A stretch of 64,000 nucleotides of DNA, from positions 450,875-514,874 of the forward strand of contig JAIUPD010000001.1 in the NCBI GenBank assembly GCA_020161615.1, read 5' to 3'. Each line of letters begins with the position of its first letter. The first letter of the stretch is position 1. The DNA comes from Pseudomonadota bacterium. Lineage in GTDB: Bacteria > Pseudomonadota > Alphaproteobacteria > Rhodobacterales > Rhodobacteraceae. Shown here one piece after another: positions 58,461-64,000 of this stretch. A program made the position numbers and the translations under genes. The notes under the pieces were generated by a model. The model saw only the letters and a program-made list of their open reading frames with translations, was not told where the DNA came from and made no database searches.

Positions 58461-59174
58461 ATGGACAGGATCCTCATCACCGGCGCGACCGGCGGCATCG
58501 GCCGTGCCATGGCGCTGACCCTGGCGCAGGCGGGCTACGCCGTGCTGGCGCTGGGCCGCAACCGCGCGGCGCTGGAGGCGCTCAGCGCCGAGGCCCCGGG
58601 GATCGAGGCGATCGCGCTCGACCTCGCCGACCACGCCGGGTTGGCCGAGGCGCTGGCGGGACGGGTCATCGACGTGCTGGTCAACAACGCCGGAATGATG
58701 CCGCGCCCGGGTCCTTTCGCCACCATGGAGCCCGAGGCGATCGAGCGCACGCTGGCGGTGAACCTTGCCGATACGCTCGCGCTCACCCGGCTTGTGCTGC
58801 CCGGAATGCTGGCACGGGGGGCGGGGCATGTGGTCTTCACCGGCTCCTCGGCCGCGCATGCGCCGGGCGCGGGCTTTGCCGCCTATGCCGCCTCGAAAGC
58901 CGGGATCGCCGCCTTCGCCACCGCGCTCCGGGCCGAGGTCTCGCCCCTTGGCCTGCGCGTCACGGAACTGGTCCCCGGCCGGGTCGAGACCGGGCTCTAT
59001 ACCGGCGTCCTGCCCGAGGCGGCGCGGGCGGCGATGTATCAGGACGGCCATGCGCTGCAACCGCAGGACTTGGCCGATGTGCTGCTGGCGGTGCTGCGCC
59101 TGCCCGCCCGCGCCGCGGTCACCCGCCTCGATCTGACGCCGACCCGTCCCGTTTCCCCCGTTCCCCTGTCCTGA
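58461..59174 (+). CDS. SDR family oxidoreductase
   Basis: TGATGGIG, NNAG, and the YAASKAG catalytic motif. Confidence 0.8.
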   Translation: MDRILITGATGGIGRAMALTLAQAGYAVLALGRNRAALEALSAEAPGIEAIALDLADHAGLAEALAGRVIDVLVNNAGMMPRPGPFATMEPEAIERTLAVNLADTLALTRLVLPGMLARGAGHVVFTGSSAAHAPGAGFAAYAASKAGIAAFATALRAEVSPLGLRVTELVPGRVETGLYTGVLPEAARAAMYQDGHALQPQDLADVLLAVLRLPARAAVTRLDLTPTRPVSPVPLS

Positions 59175-59182
59175 GGTCCCCC

Positions 59183-59932
59183 ATGCAGGCACTTTCCTGG
59201 GTCATCGTCGGCGGCGCCTCGGGCCTCGGCGCGCTGCTGGCCGAAATGGCGGTCGAGGCCGGCGCCCGCGCCATCGGCATCATCGACATCAACGCCGAGG
59301 CGGCCGAGGCCGCGCTGGCCCCGGCCCGCGCCAAGGGCCTGGCCACCGCCGTCGCCGCCTGCGACATCCGCACCGGCCCGGCCTGCGACGCGGCCTTCGC
59401 CCGGGTGGCCGAGGCGCTGGGCCGCGTGGACACGCTGGTCAATTCCGCCGCGATCTATCCGCGCCGCCCGACGCTGGGTGTCACGGACGAGGATTGGGAC
59501 CTGTCCAACGCCATCAACATCAAGGGCACCTATCACATGAGGGTCGCGGCCATCGCCCATATGCGGATGCAGGAACCGGTCGATCAGATCCGCGGCCGGA
59601 TCGTCAACATCACCTCGGTCGATGCCTTCAAGGCGCATCCCAGCAACATCCATTACGCGGCGACCAAGGCCGCGGTTGTCAGCCTGACACGTTCGGTCGC
59701 CGATCATGTCGCGCCGGAGGGGATCCTGGTCAATTCCGTGGCCCCGGCCGGCATGGCGACCGACAAGGCGCGTCAGGCCGGGTTCCTGCCGGAACTGGCC
59801 AAGGCAAGCCCGCTGGGCCGTGGCGCGCAGCCGCGCGAGATTGCCGAATGGGTGCTGGTCGCGGGCGGGCCGAAGAACACCTACATGACCGGCGAGAATA
59901 TCATCGTGTCGGGGGGCTATATCTACGCCTGA
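59183..59932 (+). CDS. SDR family oxidoreductase
   Basis: VGGASGLG, NSAA, the YAATKAAV catalytic motif, and a C-terminal GENIIVSGG. Confidence 0.8.
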   Translation: MQALSWVIVGGASGLGALLAEMAVEAGARAIGIIDINAEAAEAALAPARAKGLATAVAACDIRTGPACDAAFARVAEALGRVDTLVNSAAIYPRRPTLGVTDEDWDLSNAINIKGTYHMRVAAIAHMRMQEPVDQIRGRIVNITSVDAFKAHPSNIHYAATKAAVVSLTRSVADHVAPEGILVNSVAPAGMATDKARQAGFLPELAKASPLGRGAQPREIAEWVLVAGGPKNTYMTGENIIVSGGYIYA

Positions 59933-60017
59933 CGGGGCAGGGGGCGACAAAGCTGCGCTTTCGGGTTCAGGGCGGCACCAGCCCTCCGGCGCTTTGCCTC
60001 ATCGGCCCGAACGCGCT

Positions 60018-60971
60018 ATGACCGGACGACAGAACTTTCGCCCCCCGATGATGGAGGTTCCCGTGACGGGCCGCGTGCGTCTGCCCTCGCTCAATGCGCT
60101 GCGGGTCTTTCACGCGGTGGCCCGCGCGCGGTCGCTGGTCAAGGCGGCCGAGGATCTTTGTGTCTCGCCGCAGGCGGTGGGCCAGCAGATCCGGCATCTG
60201 GAAGAGGCGTTGGGCGTGACGCTGATCGAGCGCGAGGGCCGCTCGATCCGCCTGACCGATGCGGCGATCGCGCTGTCCTATCACGTCCGCGCGGGCTTCG
60301 ACGAATTCGAGGAGGGGATCCGCCGGATCACCACCGCGTCAGAGCGGCCCCGCATCGCCCTTAACGTGAGCCCCTACTTCGGCACCCGCTACCTGATGCC
60401 GCGCCTCGCCGATTTCCGCAAGGCAGTGCCCGATGCCGAAATCGTGCTGACCACGCTCATCGACCTCGTTGACCTCGAACGCGACGGGATCGACCTGGCG
60501 GTGCAATGGGGCTATGGCGACCGCAAGGATGTGCAAAGCCGCCTTCTGCTGCGCGATCCGAAGGTGATCTGCTGCCACCCCGACCTGGCCGGGGCGATCA
60601 AGGTCCCCGCCGATCTGCTGACGACGGGCCTGCTGCAACCCTCGCGCTCCACGCGGCTCTGGCCGGATATTCTGCGCTATCTGGGTCTGAGTGTGCCGAA
60701 GCTGGACCGCCAGCTGACCTTCGACGATTCCGCCACCATGCGGCGGGCGGCGCAGCAGGGGCTTGGCGTGGGCCTCGTGTCGCGCATCGATGCCGAGGAG
60801 GACATCGCCGCGGGCAGGCTGGTCGCCCCGCTGGGCATCGATGCGCTGGTCGGCATGCCCGCGGCCGCGATCCCCGGTTTCTATGTCATCAGCACCAGGC
60901 CGCGGCTGCGCGTGAAGCCGGTGGCGGCGCTCTACCGTTGGTTGCTGGATCAGGATTGGTCCCGCGGCTGA
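60018..60971 (+). CDS. LysR family transcriptional regulator (GcvA-like)
   Basis: HTH region LPSLNALRVFHAVARARSLVKAAEDLCVSPQAVGQQIRHLEEALGVTLIER. The start could be 60048. Confidence 0.8.
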   Translation: MTGRQNFRPPMMEVPVTGRVRLPSLNALRVFHAVARARSLVKAAEDLCVSPQAVGQQIRHLEEALGVTLIEREGRSIRLTDAAIALSYHVRAGFDEFEEGIRRITTASERPRIALNVSPYFGTRYLMPRLADFRKAVPDAEIVLTTLIDLVDLERDGIDLAVQWGYGDRKDVQSRLLLRDPKVICCHPDLAGAIKVPADLLTTGLLQPSRSTRLWPDILRYLGLSVPKLDRQLTFDDSATMRRAAQQGLGVGLVSRIDAEEDIAAGRLVAPLGIDALVGMPAAAIPGFYVISTRPRLRVKPVAALYRWLLDQDWSRG

Positions 60972-61049
60972 AAGGCGGCTCGGCGGCGCCGGCCGACTGG
61001 TCGCAAAAGCAGCGGCCAGCCCGATCCCGATGGAATCGACCGGCCGCGC

Positions 61050-62426
61050 TCAGTTCCCCGGCAGCAGTTTGCCGGGGTTCATCAGCCCCTCGGGGTCCAG
61101 CGCCGATTTGATCGCGCCCATCACGTCCCAGGCGTCGCCATGCTCGGCGCGCATGTATTTGGTCTTGCCCATGCCGATCCCATGTTCGCCGCTGACCGTA
61201 CCCCCCAGCCGCAGCGCCCGTTCCGCCATGTTCGCCGCCAGCGTCACGGCGGTCGCCCGTTGTGCCGCATCGCCCTTTCGCGGCAGCAGCAGCGCGTGGA
61301 AATTGCCGTCGCCGACATGGCCGACGATCGGGCCGGGGAGGCCCGCGGCGGCAATTTCCGCCGCCGTCTCCTCGACCGCCTGCGCCAGTTTCGAGATCGG
61401 GACGCAGATGTCGGTGGTCAGCGGGTCGCTGTCGGGATAGGCCTTCAGCGTCGTGCGATAGGCATTGTGGCGCATGGCCCAGAGCGCGTTGCGATCCTCC
61501 AGCTTTTCGGCCCAGCGGAAGCCCTGGCCGCCGAAGTCGCCCGCGATCTCGGCGAAGCGTTCCATCTGTTCGGCGACACCGGCCTCGGTGCCGTGGAATT
61601 CCAGCATCAGATGCGGGGCGTCGGGCCAGTCCGTTCCCGCGCCGCGGTTGAAGGCCTCGGCCGCCGCCCGGTCGACGAATTCGATCCGCGCCATGGGGAT
61701 GCCTGACTGGATGGTGGCGATCACCGCATCGACGGCGCCCGCCATGCTGTCGAAGGCGCAGACCGCGGCGCGCACGGCCTCGGGCTGGCCGTGCAGCTTG
61801 AGCGTCAGTTCGGTGATCAGGCCCAGCGTGCCCTCGGCGCCCACGAAAAGCGCCGTCAGGTCGTAGCCGGTCGAGGATTTCGGCGCCCGCGTCCCGGTGC
61901 GGATCACGCGGCCATCGGCCAGCACCACCTCCAGCCCCAGCACATTGGCGCGCATCGTGCCATAGCGCACCGCCGTGGTGCCCGAGGCCCGGGTCGAGGC
62001 CATGCCGCCAAGGCTGGCGTTCGCACCCGGGTCGATGGGAAAGAAGAGGCCGGTGGCGCGGAGTTCGGTGTTCAGCTCCTCGCGCGTGATGCCGGGCTGG
62101 ACGGTGACGACCATATCCTCGGGCGCGACCTCCAACACCTTGTTCATGCGGCTGAAATCGACCGTGACACCGCCACGCGGCGCCAGCGCATGCCCCTCGA
62201 GCGAGGTGCCAGCCCCCCAGCCGATCAGCGGCAAACCGGCGGTGCGGCAGAGGCGCACGATCTCGGCCACTTCGGTGGTCGTCTCGGGATAGGCCACGGC
62301 ATCGGGCGGCATGTCCTGGAAATGCGCCTCGGAACGGCCATGCAGCGCGCGATCTGAATCCGACCGGTTGAGCCGTGCACCCAGGAGGTCGCTCAGCGCC
62401 TGCAGCGCGTCAGTCTTGGTGCTCAT
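61050..62426 (-). CDS. FAD-linked oxidase (GlcD / D-lactate dehydrogenase family)
   Basis: An FAD_binding_4 pattern (PLIGWGAGTSLEGH) and a C-terminal SGEHGIGMGK...DP.G.MNPGK. A GAGGAGG Shine-Dalgarno sequence lies ahead of the ATG at 62426. Confidence 0.85.
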   Translation of the reverse strand: MSTKTDALQALSDLLGARLNRSDSDRALHGRSEAHFQDMPPDAVAYPETTTEVAEIVRLCRTAGLPLIGWGAGTSLEGHALAPRGGVTVDFSRMNKVLEVAPEDMVVTVQPGITREELNTELRATGLFFPIDPGANASLGGMASTRASGTTAVRYGTMRANVLGLEVVLADGRVIRTGTRAPKSSTGYDLTALFVGAEGTLGLITELTLKLHGQPEAVRAAVCAFDSMAGAVDAVIATIQSGIPMARIEFVDRAAAEAFNRGAGTDWPDAPHLMLEFHGTEAGVAEQMERFAEIAGDFGGQGFRWAEKLEDRNALWAMRHNAYRTTLKAYPDSDPLTTDICVPISKLAQAVEETAAEIAAAGLPGPIVGHVGDGNFHALLLPRKGDAAQRATAVTLAANMAERALRLGGTVSGEHGIGMGKTKYMRAEHGDAWDVMGAIKSALDPEGLMNPGKLLPGN

Positions 62427-62551
62427 CCCTTCCTCCTCGGGGTATTTCATCTCCGCCCGGACCCTAGCGCCTGGGCCGGGCGCTGACCAGAGGGGGCAAA
62501 TCGCTTGCAACCCCGCCTGCTTGCGTGCTTTTCACAGAGAAAGAGGACGCG

Positions 62552-64000
62552 ATGCGCAAACACCATCACCGCCACCGGCTGACCCGATTGCTCACCCTGG
62601 CCCTGCGGCGCATCCGCCAGCAGGGGCCGGACGAGGTGCAGTTCTGGGTCATCGCCTTTTTCATCGGCGCCGCGGCGGGGGCGGCGGCGCTGATGTTCCG
62701 CCTGGGCATCGGGGCGCTGGAGACACTGCTCTACGGCACGCAGAACCACGCGGTCCTGGCCGCCGCCGAGGCGATGCCCTGGTGGGCGCTGGTGGCGATC
62801 CCGGCGGTGGGGGGGCTGGTGGTGGGGCTGATCCTGCACCGTTTCACCCCCGACGGGCGGGTACGCGCGGTTGCCGATGTGATCGAGGGGGCGGCGCTGC
62901 GGGGCGGACGGGTCGAGCAGCGGGCGGGGCTCGCCTCGGCCGCGGCCTCGCTGATCACGCTGGGGGCGGGAGGCTCGGCCGGGCGCGAGGGTCCGGTGGT
63001 CCATCTGGCGGCGGTGATCTCGACCCGGGTGGCCGACCGGATCCACGCCTCGGGCGTGACCGGGCGGGACCTGCTGGGCTGCGCGGTGGCGGCGGCGGTC
63101 TCGGCCTCGTTCAACGCGCCCATCGCCGGGGCGATCTTTGCCATGGAGGTGGTGCTGAGGCATTACGCGCTGCATGCCTTTGCCCCCATCGCCATCGCCT
63201 CGATCATGGGGACGCTGGTGAACCGGCTGGCCTTCGGCGATGTGGCGGAATTCACCCTGCCGGTGCGCAATATGGTCGCCTTCTACTGGGAGATCCCGGC
63301 CTATCTGATCCTTGGCCTCGTCTCGGGCGCGGTGGCGGTCGCGCTCATGCGCTCGGTCTTCTTCGCCGAGGATCTGGCGAACCGGGTGCAGGCCCGGACC
63401 GGCCTGCCGCGCTGGCTGCGCCCGGCCGTGGCCGGGGCGTTGGTGGGCGCGCTGGCCATCGCCGCGCCGCAGGTCATCGGCATCGGCTACGAGGTGACGA
63501 CCCTTGCGCTGACCGGGCATCTGCTGCTGCACGAGGCGATCCTCATCGCCGCCGCCAAGGTGCTGGCGGTGTCGATCACGCTGGGCGGGCGGATGGGCGG
63601 TGGGATCTTCTCGCCCTCGCTGGTGGTGGGGGCGCTGACCGGGCTTGCCTTCGGCCTGATCGCCACGGCGCTGATCCCGGCCTATTCCGGCAGCGCCACC
63701 ACCTATGCGCTGGCCGGCATGGGGGCGGTGGCGGCGGCGGTGCTGGGCGCGCCGGTCTCGACCACGCTCATCGTGTTCGAACTGACCGGCGATTGGCAGA
63801 CCGCCATCGCTGTCCTCGCCGCCATCTCGACCGGGACGGCGGTGGCCAGCCGCTTCGTGAAACGCTCGTTTTTCCTTGCGCAGCTGGCGCGGCGCGACGT
63901 GCGCATCGCCCAGGGACCGCAGGAATATCTGCTGCAACTGGTCAGCGTCTCGGGGTCCATGCGTCGCCCCGGCGCCCCCGGTGCGCCCCCGCTCGAGGCG
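62552..64000 (+). CDS. ClC-family chloride channel/transporter, N-terminal 483 codons; continues beyond the window
   Basis: My own translation: MRKHHHRHRL..., with the ClC selectivity motifs GSAGREGP and GGIFSPSL. The frame stays open to nt 64000, and the ORF is absent from the track because it has no stop codon. Confidence 0.8.
   Translation, partial: MRKHHHRHRLTRLLTLALRRIRQQGPDEVQFWVIAFFIGAAAGAAALMFRLGIGALETLLYGTQNHAVLAAAEAMPWWALVAIPAVGGLVVGLILHRFTPDGRVRAVADVIEGAALRGGRVEQRAGLASAAASLITLGAGGSAGREGPVVHLAAVISTRVADRIHASGVTGRDLLGCAVAAAVSASFNAPIAGAIFAMEVVLRHYALHAFAPIAIASIMGTLVNRLAFGDVAEFTLPVRNMVAFYWEIPAYLILGLVSGAVAVALMRSVFFAEDLANRVQARTGLPRWLRPAVAGALVGALAIAAPQVIGIGYEVTTLALTGHLLLHEAILIAAAKVLAVSITLGGRMGGGIFSPSLVVGALTGLAFGLIATALIPAYSGSATTYALAGMGAVAAAVLGAPVSTTLIVFELTGDWQTAIAVLAAISTGTAVASRFVKRSFFLAQLARRDVRIAQGPQEYLLQLVSVSGSMRRPGAPGAPPLEA

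Noticed and set aside
62427-62551. A fluoride (crcB-motif) riboswitch upstream of the ClC channel gene.
   Set aside because: I could not find the conserved riboswitch elements in the 125-nt leader. The channel has the GSAGREGP motif of ordinary ClC proteins rather than features I associate with the fluoride-specific clade.

Overview
This is a high-GC (mid-60s %) chromosomal segment. The protein sequences suggest an alphaproteobacterium resembling Rhodobacterales, but that is inference and was not checked against any database. It is densely packed with about 60 genes, mostly housekeeping. In order: the 3' end of rpsD, hisC-tyrC, a thiolase, a cytoplasmic hybrid sensor kinase, yggT, recQ, a hemolysin-III-family protein, a di-haem cytochrome c peroxidase, leuA preceded by a Leu-rich leader peptide, and the full elongasome operon mreB-mreC-mreD-mrdA-rodA, which runs by overlapping stop/start codons into two dehydrogenase genes. 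Next come clpS, a PBP5-type carboxypeptidase fused to a SPOR domain, rnr, hemC, selU, valS, a divergent pair (tesA-like versus ybbA/ybbP-like), a marR-led minus-strand cluster, gpt, fabI, pdxH, a two-domain cold-shock protein and tRNA-Pro(UGG). After the tRNA lies a ~9.5 kb tightly coupled, catabolic-looking cluster: hydantoinase/oxoprolinase A and B, an aminotransferase, a uronate-dehydrogenase-like enzyme, an FAD oxidoreductase, two SDRs and a LysR regulator. The window ends with a GlcD-like oxidase and the 5' part of a ClC channel. I saw no transposase, integrase, CRISPR array, rRNA or recognisable defence system. The most interesting signals are: (1) a family of composite palindromic intergenic repeats (three full copies and one half copy, two of them bracketing valS); (2) an in-frame, low-GC, rare-codon segment inside valS; (3) a Leu leader peptide upstream of leuA; (4) divergent genes whose start codons physically overlap; (5) an AT-rich convergent spacer with 11-nt direct repeats; and (6) the uncharacterised catabolic cluster next to tRNA-Pro. 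Many long ORFs in the six-frame track are antisense artefacts of the high GC content.
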